A stretch of 63,996 bases of DNA, filler included, from Octopus bimaculoides (lineage: Eukaryota): NCBI RefSeq assembly GCF_001194135.2. It is 7 parts of 7 records of this genome, joined end to end, with 100 filler letters (N's around TTAATTAATTAA, not from the genome) between each part and the next. Parts side by side here need not be neighbours in the genome. Positions count along the whole stretch, not along the records: positions 15,614 to 44,231 come from NC_068988.1; positions 44,332 to 49,793 come from NW_026380181.1; 5 more parts are not named here. The stretch is one strand, 5' to 3'. The notes beneath the pieces were generated by a model. The model did no database searches and had not been told where the DNA came from. It was given only the letters and a program-made list of their open reading frames with translations. Shown here in pieces: positions 36,787-49,167 of the stretch. Numbering within the stretch: the stretch's first letter is position 1; each line of letters opens with the position of its first letter. The position numbers and the translations under genes were made by a program.

Positions 36787-39770
36787 GTGCTGTTAGAGCT
36801 CCACTGGTGCAGGTGCCAGTCATCAAGTATGGTTCAATTACGATTTCGATTCCAATTTTACTTGCCCCAACAGGTCTTCGCAAGCAGAGTTTAGTGTTCA
36901 ATGAAGGAGAAGTTGACATGGGTGCCAATCGTCGGATTTGGTTTGATTTCGATTTCAGATTTCAAATTCCAAATTTACTTGCCTCAACAGGTCTTCGCAA
37001 GCAGGGTTTTTAGTGTCCAATGAAGATACTTCTGGCAGAGGTCACAGATTATGCTCTCACTTGCCTTGCCAGGTCTTCTCACGTACTGCATATTGCCAAA
37101 GGTCCCGTTCACTGGTCATTGCCTCGGTGAGGCCTAATGTTCGAAGGTCGTGCTTCACCACCTCATCCCACGTCTTCCTGGGTCTACCTCTCCCACAGAT
37201 TCCATCAGCTGCTAGGCTGTGGCACTTTTTCACACACCTATCCTCAACCATTCTTGCCACATGTCCATACCAGCGCAATCGACTCTCTTGCACGCCACAA
37301 CTGATGCTTCTATGGTCCAACTTTTCTCTCAAGGTACTTACACTCTGTCGAGTATGCACACTGGCATTACACATTCATCAGAGCATACTGTCTTCGTTTC
37401 TTGCGAGCTTACGCATGTCCTGAGCAGTCACGGCCCATGTTTCACTGCCATGTAGCATGGCTGTTCGTACACATGCATCATACAGTCTGCATTTTACTCT
37501 GAGTGAGAGGCCCTTTGTCACCAGCAGAAGTAAGAGCTCTCTAAACTTTGCCCAGGCTATTCTTATTCTAGCAGCTACACTTTCAGTGCACCCTCCCCCA
37601 CTACAAACTTGGTCACCTAGGTAGCGGAAGCTATCAACTACTTCTAGTTTTTCTCCCTGGAATGTGGCAAAGGTTGTTTTCTGCATATTTTCAGTGTTTA
37701 TTGCCCCTGAGCATCTGCCACATACAAAAACTATCTTGCTAGTTAGCCTTCCTTTGATACTGCTGCACCTCTCATGTGTCCATAGCTTACACTGGGTACA
37801 TCTTATGGAGTTTTTACCTTCGCCTTTTCTACAGATCGAGTGGGTCCATGTACCTGAAGGGGTTTGTGTTTTGTCTACCTTCCTACTTATTAGGACTTTG
37901 GTTTTAGCTAGGTTGACTCTAAGGCCCTTCGATTCTATTCCTTGCTTCCACACCTGAAACTTCTCCTCTAGTTCTGATAGTGACTCAGGAATTAGGGCAA
38001 GGTCATCAGCGTAGAGGAGCTCCCAGGGTCATCCTGTCTTGAATTCCTGTGTTATTGCTTGAAGGACTATGATAAATAGGAAGGGACTGAGGACTGAACC
38101 TTGGTGGACCCCTACTTCTACCCGGAATTCTTCACTACACTCGTTGCCAACCCTCACCTTACTAACGGCGTCTCTGTACATGGCTTGCACAGCTCTCACT
38201 AACCACTCCTCTATCCCTAGTTTCTTCATTGTCCACCAGATAAGGGATCGGGGGACCCTGTCACAGGCTTTCTCCATGTCAACGAAAGCCAGGTACAGAG
38301 GTTTATCTTTGGCTAGGTATTTCTCCTGCAGCTGTCTTACCAGAAATATAGCATCAGTGGTGCTTTTCCCTGGAACAAACCCAAACTGCATCTCATCTAA
38401 ACTGACTCTCTCCCTAATTTGTTGGGCTATGACCCTCTCGGTGACCTTCATTACCTGGTCCAACATCTTGATACCTCTGTAATTGTTTGTGTCTAAATCG
38501 TCACCTTTACCTTTGTAGCAGCTGACTATGGTGCTGCTACACCAGCTATTGGATATGACTCCTTCGTGTATCACCTGATTAACTATATGGGTGACTAGGC
38601 TATAGCTGACATTGCCAGATATTTTGTGCATCTCTGCAGTGATTCCTGATGGGGCAGGGGCTTTCCCTGTCTTCATACTCTTGATCGATCTATCTACCAA
38701 GGTACTATCAATTAGGATAGCTTGTCCCTCTGTTGGGTCGACATGCGGCAGACTCTCTTCCTCCCATTCATTCTCTTTATTAAGCAGCCTCATTTAGTAC
38801 ACATTTCTCTCCTACGACATCACGATTCTCTCTCACACACTGTCTTGCAACATGAAATACATCAAGTCTTTGCTCTTCACGGCGCAGAACATTGGCAAAT
38901 TTTTCTTATCTGCTTCCCCTCTGGCTAAGTAAACCTGTCTCCTAGCTTCCCTTCTGGCAGTCTGATACAATAGCCTGCTGCTTCCGTTCTTCCAGTCCTT
39001 CCAAGCCTGTTTCTTTTGTCTAATAGCCCTGTCAGTCACATTGTTCCACCACCACGATACTTTGGGTCGAGAGGGGACTTTGCACCAGCCACAGATGTGG
39101 TCAATGGCTCTCAGCAGGTTGTCCTGTAGGAACCTCCAATTGTCTTCCACATTGTGTGATGCTATATCCCCTTTTATTTCATCAAATGCTTCGAGTAAGA
39201 CATTTCTAACTCTTTGTCCATTTGTAGGACCTTTAAGCTTCCAGACTCCAAGCTGGTCTACTTCTGGGCATCCATTTAGCCTTGATCCCAAAGTCGCTAA
39301 CTACTAATCTGTGTTGAGGGGTACAATTCTTCGCCTGGGAAGCATTTGCCATTTATAAGCCATCCTCTTTCCCTATTTCTGGCGAGGATGTAGTCAATTT
39401 GGCTAGTGTGTCTGTCGGAACGGTAGGTGAATAGGTGACAGGCAGGCTTCTTGAAGTTGGTATTGCAAACCATAAAATCGTTTCCATCACAGAACTCCAG
39501 CAGTCAGGTTCCCTCCTCATTGTGGGAACCGAAGCCATAGCCTCCATGTATGCCATGGAAGCCCCCTGCTTGTTGTCCAACATGACCATTGAAATCACCA
39601 GCCACAAAGAGACGGTCCCTGTCATTCGTCAATGCGGTAGTTTGCAAGAGGGTGTCATAGAATTGGTCTTATTGGTCTTTCTGCCCATCCGGTAGCCCCG
39701 GTTGAGGGGCATAGACCAAGATGACGGTAGCTAACCTATGGTGAAGCACTAGTCTAATCTTAAGTACTCT
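36787..39770 (-). mobile_element. Longest RTE-clade LINE copy: APE endonuclease C-half, linker, RT, PHD-like insert, thumb, part of 3' UTR; stops and frameshifts
   Basis: VYAPQ, VAGDFNGHVG, NTNFKK, QIDYILA (APE); NYRGIKML, QFGFVPGKS, FVDMEKA, HQGSVLSP, LYADD; SIC..CTQC..H..C..CGRC; FRYLG; RLRWYGHVARM. Confidence 0.95.
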
Positions 39771-39807
39771 GTCACATACTCTGACTACTTATACATACAT
39801 ACATTAT

Positions 39808-39838
<31 letters not shown>

Positions 39839-39947
39839 TATATATATNNNNNNNNNNNNNNNNNNNNNNNNNNNNNNNNNNNNNNNNNNNNNNNNNNNNN
39901 NNNNNNNNNNNNNNNNNNNNNNNNNNNNNNNNNNNNNNNNNNNNNNN

Positions 39948-40100
39948 NATATATATATAAAACTGAGAATGTGTGTCTGTCTGTGTTTGTGTTTGTGTGC
40001 ATCACTAAAACTCGAGAACTACCCAACCGATTTCATTCAGATCTTATACATGCCTTACATACGGTCCATGGAGTGTCATGGGCAAGCGTGCAGTAATGTC
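39948..40100 (+). mobile_element. Non-autonomous Helitron-like 5' end
   Basis: tatatatataaaactgagaatgtgtgtctgtctg...aactcgagaactacccaaccgatttcattca, homologous to 58674-58790. Confidence 0.55.
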
Positions 40101-41499
40101 TTATCCCTTACACTGTTTCAGTATAACGGGTCAAAAGTGGAACAATAGCATATCTGTTGTAATGTGATATTATATTTTGACTATTATATGGTTTCAATTT
40201 CAATTACTTTCACTATATATATATATATTTGTTTCATTTCTATTAGTTTCACCATGTATTTATATATGTTTATATATACTCTTTTACTCTTTTACTTGTT
40301 TCAGTAATTTGATTACGGCCATGCTGGAGAACCGCCTGCAGTCGAGCAAATTGACCCCAGGACTTATTCCTTGGAAGCCTAAGTTACGGGGACGTAAACA
40401 CACCAGCATCGGTTGTCAAGCGATGTTGGGGGGGACGAACACAGACACACAAACACACACACACACTCACAGACACACACACACACACATATATATATAT
40501 GGACATATATACGAAGGGCTTCTATCAGTTTCCGTCTACCAAATCCACTCACAAGGCTTTGGTCGTCCCGAGGCTATAGTAGAAGACACTTACCACACAG
40601 CCACTCCTGTGCCTATAGCTACTTACCGCATAGCCACTCATATATATATATATATATATATANNNNNNNNNNNNNNNNNNNNNNNNNNNNNNNNNNNNNN
40701 NNNNNNNNNNNNNNNNNNNNNNNNNNNNNNNNNNNNNNNNNNNNNNNNNNNNNNNNNNNNNNNNNNNNNNNNNNNNNNNNNNNNNNNNNNNNNNNNNNNN
40801 NNNNNNNNNNNNNNNNNNNNNNNNNNNNNNNNNNNNNNNNNNNNNNNNNNNNNNNNNNNNNNNNNNNNNNNNNNNNNNNNNNNNNNNNNNNNNNNNNNNN
40901 NNNNNNNNNNNNNNNNNNNNNNNNNNNNNNNNNNNNNNNNNNNNNNNNNNNNNNNNNNNNNNNNNNNNNNNNNNNNNNNNNNNNNNNNNNNNNNNNNNNN
41001 NNNNNNNNNNNNNNNNNNNNNNNNNNNNNNNNNNNNNNNNNNNNNNNNNNNNNNNNNNNNNNNNNNNNNNNNNNNNNNNNNNNNNNNNNNNNNNNNNNNN
41101 NNNNNNNNNNNNNNNNNNNNNNNNNNNNNNNNNNNNNNNNNNNNNNNNNNNNNNNNNNNNNNNNNNNNNNNNNNNNNNNNNNNNNNNNNNNNNNNNNNNN
41201 NNNNNNNNNNNNNNNNNNNNNNNNNNNNNNNNNNNNNNNNNNNNNNNNNNNNNNNNNNNNNNNNNNNNNNNNNNNNNNNNNNNNNNNNNNNNNNNNNNNN
41301 NNNNNNNNNNNNNNNNNNNNNNNNNNNNNNNNNNNNNNNNNNNNNNNNNNNNNNNNNNNNNNNNNNNNNNNNNNNNNNNNNNNNNNNNNNNNNNNNNNNN
41401 NNNNNNNNNNNNNNNNNNNNNNNNNNNNNNNNNNNNNNNNNNNNNNNNNNNNNNNNNNNNNNNNNNNNNNNNNNNNNNNNNNNNNNNNNNNNNNNNNNN

Positions 41500-42497
41500 A
41501 ACGGAGCATACTGGCTTCATTCCTTGCGAGCTTACGTATGTCATCAGCAGTTACAGCCCATGTTTCACTGCCATGTAGCATGGCTGTTCGTACACATGCG
41601 TCATACAGTCTGCCTTTTACTCTGAGTGAGAGTCCCTTTGTCGCCAGGAGGGGTAAGAGCTCTCTAAACTTTGCCCAGGCTATTCCTATTCTAGCAGCTA
41701 CACTTTCAGCGCACCCACCCCCACTACTAACTTGGTCGCCCAGATAGCGGAAGCTATCGACTACCTCTAGTTTTTCACCCTGGAATGAGATAGAAGTTGT
41801 TTCCTGTTTGTTTACAGTCTTTATTGCACCTGAACATCTGCCACAAACAAAAACTAACTTGCTAGTATATATATATACATATAATATATATGTGTATATA
41901 TTTATATCTTTCAGTATTTATATATGTATGTATGTATATATATGTATATATGTATTCATAGATGTGTGTATGTATATATATATATCTATATATCATCCCA
42001 GGTTTTCCTGGGTCTACCTCTTCCACAGGTACCCTCAACTGCTAGGCTGTGGCACTTTTACACACAGCTATCCTCATCCATTCTCACCAAGTGACCATAC
42101 CAGCGCAATCGTCTCTCTTGCACACCACAACTGATGCTTCTATGGGCCAACTTTTCTATCAAGGTACTTACACTCTGTCGAGTATGCACACTGACATTAC
42201 ACATCCATCGGAGCCTACTGGCTTCATTCTTTGCAAGCCTATGCATATCCTCAGCAGTCATGGCCTATGTTTCACTGCCATGTAGCATAGCTGTTTGTAC
42301 ACATGCGTCATAAAGTCTGCCTTTTACTCTGAGCGAAAGGCCCTTTGTCACCAGCAGAGGTAATTGCTCTCTGAACTTTCCCCTGACTATTCTTATTCTA
42401 GCAGCTACACTTTCAGTGCACCCTCCCCCGCTAGGTAACGGAAGCTATCAACTACTACTAGTTTTTCTCCTTGGAATGTGGCAGAAGTTGTTCTCTG
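41500..42497 (-). mobile_element. Two overlapping RTE LINE thumb-region fragments separated by (TA)-rich simple sequence
   Basis: LHGSETWAVTA, KLVFVCGRCSG, EVVDSFRYLG, RLRWYGHLVRM; the same segment is present twice from different copies. Confidence 0.85.
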
Positions 42498-42502
42498 CAT
42501 AT

Positions 42503-42536
<34 letters not shown>

Positions 42537-43125
42537 NNNNNNNNNNNNNNNNNNNNNNNNNNNNNNNNNNNNNNNNNNNNNNNNNNNNNNNNNNNNNNNN
42601 NNNNNNNNNNNNNNNNNNNNNNNNNNNNNNNNNNNNNNNNNNNNNNNNNNNNNNNNNNNNNNNNNNNNNNNNNNNNNNNNNNNNNNNNNNNNNNNNNNNN
42701 NNNNNNNNNNNNNNNNNNNNNNNNNNNNNNNNNNNNNNNNNNNNNNNNNNNNNNNNNNNNNNNNNNNNNNNNNNNNNNNNNNNNNNNNNNNNNNNNNNNN
42801 NNNNNNNNNNNNNNNNNNNNNNNNNNNNNNNNNNNNNNNNNNNNNNNNNNNNNNNNNNNNNNNNNNNNNNNNNNNNNNNNNNNNNNNNNNNNNNNNNNNN
42901 NNNNNNNNNNNNNNNNNNNNNNNNNNNNNNNNNNNNNNNNNNNNNNNNNNNNNNNNNNNNNNATATATATATATATATATATTTATGTACGAATATTTAT
43001 GTGTGTATATATGTGAGTGTGCGTGTGTGTGTATGTATATATATATATGTATATATATGTATATATATGTATATGTATATATATGTATATATGTATATGT
43101 ATGTATATATATGTATATATAAATA

Positions 43126-43880
43126 CAGGCATTAGACAAAATAATGGGAACACCCAGCATCATTATTCTAATTTTGAAATATCTATAAAACTGTCAAAAG
43201 CTTGTTTATTTTTAAGTTTTTGATTTATTATTAGTGTTGCTTAATATGTTTTGCTAAAATTGCTGTTATCATCAGATATAATCAGAAAAATATAATTAAA
43301 ATTCCTTAAAATAACAGATCTATCGGACTTTTAAAGAGGTCAAACTGTTGGTGCTCGTATGGCAGGTGCTAGCGTAATGAAAACATCTGAAATGTTTGGT
43401 GTATCAATAAGTACTGTTTCGAAAGTAATGACAGCCTTTGAAAAAGAGGGAAAAACCTCCTCGTCGAAACAAAACTCCAGAAGAAAACCAAAGCTTTCAG
43501 ATAGGGACCATTGGACTCATGCGAATTGTTAGAAGGGATCACAAATGTACAGCTCCCAAAATTACTACAGAGCTTAATAATCATCTCGAGAACCCAGTTT
43601 CCACAAAAACTGTTCGCCAAGAGCTGCACAAAGCTGGATTTCAGGTGAGGGCTGTAATCAGAAAACCACCAATTTCAAAAACAAATGTTCCAAAGCATGT
43701 AGAGTGGAGTAAAATCTTACAGAATTGGTCCCTAGAGCAGAGGAAGAATGTTATTTTCTCGGACAAGTCATACTTTACCTTATTTCTGACCACCGGCCAA
43801 GTATACATGTAGAGGCAGCCAAAAGAAGCATTTGACCCAGACTGCCTTCTTCCAACTGTTAAAAATGGAGGAAGATCTGT
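43126..43880 (+). mobile_element. Tc1-like transposon, 5' TIR plus N-terminal transposase, 3'-truncated
   Basis: TA|CAGGCATTAGACAAAATAATGGGAACACC start; (T)DLSDFKRGQ, HTH region, KITTELN, VSTKTVRQEL, NVIFSDKS, LLPTVKNGGRSV; frameshifted. Confidence 0.9.
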
Positions 43881-43897
43881 GTATATATATATGTATG

Positions 43898-43940
<43 letters not shown>

Positions 43941-44100
43941 CATCATCATCATCATCATCGTTTAACGTCCGCTTTCCATGCTAGCATGGGTTGGACGATT
44001 TGACTGAGGACTGGTGAAACCGGATGGCAACACCAGGCTCCAGTCTAATTTGGCAGAGTTTCTACAGCTGGATGCCCTTCCTAACGCCAACCACTCAGAG
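43941..44100 (-). mobile_element. RTE 3'-UTR-only copy with (GAT)n tail
   Basis: catcatcatcgtttaacgtccgctttccatgctagcatgggttggacg...gccaaccactcagagag, near-identical to 18218-18375. Confidence 0.88.
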
Positions 44101-44101
44101 A

Positions 44102-44142
<41 letters not shown>

Positions 44143-45029
44143 TAGACATTGGGAGAGGCATTATGCCAGTAATAAACACACGCACTGGTTCAGTCCTTTA
44201 TTAATTTAATTTATATAGTTTTTTGTTAAATNNNNNNNNNNNNNNNNNNNNNNNNNNNNNNNNNNNNNNNNNNNNTTAATTAATTAANNNNNNNNNNNNN
44301 NNNNNNNNNNNNNNNNNNNNNNNNNNNNNNNTATATTAAAAAAAAGAAAAAAAATGTATTTCCAATAATTTGGTTGCCAAGACACGTATGTCGCAATAGC
44401 TGATTTCATCTAACTGTAAAAGAGGTATCATAAACTAGGTTATATTATAAATAAAAATTTAGCTTAGTTTTTTTTTTTTAATAACAAAAATATGAGCCAA
44501 AATGTCTGACTATTTTCTAAAAATGCGTCTACATTAACATGGCCGACAAACTACTTAAATCTCGTTGGCCCAGTCTGCATGGTTGTAAAAGGGTATGATG
44601 AAGTAGGTTAGCGAAGTAAAACAGTATTTTAGAATAAAAACGTCAATAACTACCGAGACTAAAAGTAAATAAAAAGAAAAAAAGAAACGTATTTAGAAGG
44701 AAGACTACATACATTTGTTTGCATTGTAAAAAATATTCCTTAAACTCTATTCTGTAACCTAAGGATATATTAAAAGGGCGCATTGTTACAGGGAAGATAA
44801 CCGCCCCCTGCACACCGAACTAGATCACTATACTAGTATAGTTTCGCTTAAAATTTAAGCTCATTACTAATGACCATTCCATCGCTGGATGGTTTGGCTA
44901 AATCCCGACTGTCAATATATAGTATGAATTATCGTCATATATGGTATGAATTATATTTGACTGTATATATATATACTGTTTGTATATTGGCGTATATGAA
45001 TATATATATATATATATATGGGAGAATTT

Positions 45030-45160
45030 ACGAAAAAACAACAGACGAAAACAGGTGGTGTAAACAACAAATGGATGTATTAGTTTAACGCTCGGGAATA
45101 GAGAGAGTCTTTGACGTTTCGAGCCTACGCTCTTCAACTGAAAGGAACACAGAAAGAAAC
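45030..45160 (-). mobile_element. Penelope-type terminal repeat carrying a degenerate minimal hammerhead motif
   Basis: Minus strand CTTT-CAGTTGAA-GAGC(gtag)GCTC-GAAA-CGTC-AAAG at 45144-45109. Confidence 0.5.
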
Positions 45161-45184
45161 AAGGAGAGAAACACGGAGAACAAA

Positions 45185-45225
<41 letters not shown>

Positions 45226-45446
45226 AATAGATATATAACGCTTAGTGTAGAATAGGGGCAGCTGATGAAGGAGATATTCTCTATGTAGCCTAGTTGTTTT
45301 CTGTGCTCTGTTTACGTTCTGTTTTTCATTTTGTCTACGTTTTTTTTGTGACGTCCTGTACCCAGATATGCATCTATATATACATGTAGATGTAGGTATG
45401 TACATACATGTACGTATATATGCATATACTCACATATTATTTGTAT

Positions 45447-45507
<61 letters not shown>

Positions 45508-46619
45508 AGATACATATGTGTGTGTGCGTGCGTGCAGTTCTGTATCTGTGTGTGTGTGTGTGTAATTTTAGCAAGGAAACGTTAGGCAGTGACTTCGAAA
45601 TTTTGTTTCAGTTGCCCAAATATGGCAAATCCAAGCAGCTTGGCAGAAGGATACTGCAGTAGGATGGCGTCACATATTTGGTGGCTGAAGGGGTTCAATC
45701 AATTGAACCGATCGCAGTACTCGATTCGCTCCTTATTTTACAAACAGAACTCACCACGGGGAAGAATTCCCTCTAAACTCAATCTCGGTAGAATTTCAAC
45801 TTCGACTGCGAAGCGAAACAATCAAATTGCATCACGAAATGCTTATTTAGTTTGACAGTTTACAGCTTGTAGTAATACAGTATCCCATAATGCAACTGAA
45901 TGTTGTGGAGAAATAACTGCAGTGGATACCCAAATATTTGTCTTTTACTGGAAACGGTTGTTTTTCCTGTTTTTTTTTGTTTTTTTTTTTTGCTGTTGTT
46001 GGTATTGATAATTGTTGGAATATTATTTGAGCAATGAGAGATAGAATTGTGAGGGAGAAAAAGAGAAAGAGGATGACGACAGGGCAAAGAGTAAGAAGAA
46101 GGGGATAAGGAGGAGGAGATGCAAGGAAGACAGAGTGTAGAAGTATTAGTAGTAATAGTTGATGTTGGGGAAGAGGAAGGGGAGGAGTAAAAGAAAAAGA
46201 AGAAGAATGAAATAAAGAGGAGATTGAAGATGAGTAATAGAAGAAAGAGGATTAGGAGTAGAAAAAGAGTAATAGTCATAGCGGTGGTAGGAGGAGGAGT
46301 GGGAATAGGGAAGAGAGAGAGAGAGAGAGGAAGAAAAGAATGACCATTTCAAAAACAAAAATAAAAATTTCACTTCAACAGCACCAACAACAATCGCAAC
46401 AAGAACTTTACCAACCACAAGAAACAAACAAAGAGCTTCCCCTATAAAAAATAACTTGGAGACGAAATAAAAAACAAAAACAAAATTACAATAAAAAAAG
46501 GAGTAAAAAATTAATAAAACGAGAATCGCTGTTTTAGGATGGACGCCATATTAGTGATGTCTAATTTCTTGAAATAAACGTGAAATAAGGAGTTTAGTCG
46601 TGGAACAAGACATAAGTAT

Positions 46620-46673
46620 TTCTAGTTGACAGCTGCCATGGAAGAAAGAAGAGAGACACAGAGAGAGAGACAG

Positions 46674-46724
<51 letters not shown>

Positions 46725-48054
46725 CAGAGAGAGAAAGAGAGAGTTTGTGTTTCTGTGAGAAGGAACGAGATATATGTCTTGTTGTCACTGTTAAAATGTA
46801 ACGAATTTGCTATTCCTTCAGAAGGAGGAAGGCGTAGAGAATGAAAGGTGTGTGTGGGGGGGGATAAGAGAGAGATTATGATGATGAAAGAGATGAGGNN
46901 NNNNNNNNNNNNNNNNNNNNNNNNNNNNNNNNNNNNNNNNNNNNNNNNNNNNNNNNNNNNNNNNNNNNNNNNNNNNNNNNNNNNNNNNNNNNNNNNNNNN
47001 NNNNNNNNNNNNNNNNNNNNNNNNNNNNNNNNNNNNNNNNNNNNNNNNNNNNNNNNNNNNNNNNNNNNNNNNNNNNNNNNNNNNNNNNNNNNNNNNNNNN
47101 NNNNNNNNNNNNNNNNNNNNNNNNNNNNNNNNNNNNNNNNNNNNNNNNNNNNNNNNNNNNNNNNNNNNNNNNNNNNNNNNNNNNNNNNNNNNNNNNNNNN
47201 NNNNNNNNNNNNNNNNNNNNNNNNNNNNNNNNNNNNNNNNNNNNNNNNNNNNNNNNNNNNNNNNNNNNNNNNNNNNNNNNNNNNNNNNNNNNNNNNNNNN
47301 NNNNNNNNNNNNNNNNNNNNNNNNNNNNNNNNNNNNNNNNNNNNNNNNNNNNNNNNNNNNNNNNNNNNNNNNNNNNNNNNNNNNNNNNNNNNNNNNNNNN
47401 NNNNNNNNNNNNNNNNNNNNNNNNNNNNNNNNNNNNNNNNNNNNNNNNNNNNNNNNNNNNNNNNNNNNNNNNNNNNNNNNNNNNNNNNNNNNNNNNNNNN
47501 NNNNNNNNNNNNNNNNNNNNNNNNNNNNNNNNNNNNNNNNNNAGAGAGAGAGAGAGAGAGAGGCAGAGAGAGAGAGAGACAGGCAGAGAGAGACAGACAG
47601 GCAGACAGACAGAGACAGACAGACAGACAGACAGACAGAATCATAGATAAGAAAAAGAGAAGAGAGTGACAGTAATAGAGGCTTATAGATAGAGACAATA
47701 AAAAATGGAGGACTGAGAAAGATATGAAGAGATGAGACAGACACAAAGAGATAAGGAAAGAGAGAGAAAGAGAGAGAGAGCGATCATACAGGTGGACAGA
47801 GAGACACTGATAAAGAGAGGTGGGGTGAGAAGCAAATAGGAAAGTAGTGAGAGAGAATTATAATCGTAGAAAGAGTAAGAGAGAGGGAGTGGGAAAGAGA
47901 GGAACAAGCAAGCAGATTGAGAGAAAAAAGAGACAGTTAGAGACAAAGAGAGAGAGAGAGGATAGAAGCATGCAGATAAAGAGAGATAGTAAGAGAGACA
48001 GAGAGAGTGAGTGTGTGTGTGTCGTATACGCACACAGACAGTTAAGAAAGGCGT

Positions 48055-48095
<41 letters not shown>

Positions 48096-48300
48096 GAAGA
48101 GAGAGAGAGGAAGGAGAGAGATAGAGGAAGGAGAGAGAGAGAGAGGAAGAAGAGAAAAGAGGAAGGAGAGAGAGAGAGAGAGTACATCATACATTGAGAT
48201 AGATATTTAGAGAAAGGCACAGAGAGAGAGAGGGGGGAGGGAGCGTGAGTGAACGAAGAGAAATAGAAAGAGAGAGAATGATTGAAAGTGAAAGAAGGTN
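46620..48300. repeat. Long polypurine (GA/GACA)n tracts interrupted by gaps
   Basis: Direct reading. Confidence 0.9.
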
Positions 48301-48706
48301 NNNNNNNNNNNNNNNNNNNNNNNNNNNNNNNNNNNNNNNNNNNNNNNNNNNNNNNNNNNNNNNNNNNNNNNNNNNNNNNNNNNNNNNNNNNNNNNNNNNN
48401 NNNNNNNNNNNNNNNNNNNNNNNNNNNNNNNNNNNNNNNNNNNNNNNNNNNNNNNNNNNNNNNNNNNNNNNNNNNNNNNNNNNNNNNNNNNNNNNNNNNN
48501 NNNNNNNNNNNNNNNNNNNNNNNNNNNNNNNNNNNNNNNNNNNNNNNNNNNNNNNNNNNNNNNNNNNNNNNNNNNNNNNNNNNNNNNNNNNNNNNNNNNN
48601 NNNNNNNNNNNNNNNNNNNNNNNNNNNNNNNNNNNNNNNNNNNNNNNNNNNNNNNNNNNNNNNNNNNNNNNNNNNNNNNNNNNNNNNNNNNNNNNNNNNN
48701 NGTCAC

Positions 48707-48846
48707 CTTTAAAATGTCACTTATTCGGCAATTCTCGCGTTTCTGTAGGGAGTAGGTCCCCGTCAGTACTCTAATGTCTCCATGGTGATGGATCAGTTGA
48801 ACGTTGCCCTTCGGTGCTGATTCATCAAACATACGGAATGAAGAAT
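48707..48846 (-). CDS. Candidate exon (phase 1 to 0) of an unidentified minus-strand gene
   Basis: tatctgctctag|AT...AAG|gtgac; 140 nt; only one minus frame open: (D)SSFRMFDESAPKGNVQLIHHHGDIRVLTGTYSLQKRENCRISDILK. Confidence 0.55.
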
Positions 48847-48990
48847 CTAGAGCAGATATCTGTCTGCATGCTTGAGGATTATAGGTCTGTATGTGTGTGT
48901 GTGTGTGTGTGCGCATATTCTTTGATTCTCATACACACACACATATATACATACACATACAACTCGCCCCATACACACATATATATGTAT

Positions 48991-49028
<38 letters not shown>

Positions 49029-49136
49029 TATGCATGCATATTTCTACATACATATATAGAAACATATAGATATCTGTATACTTATATATACATAAATATC
49101 TTTATATATGTGTGCGTATACTTATATATGTGTGCG

Positions 49137-49167
<31 letters not shown>

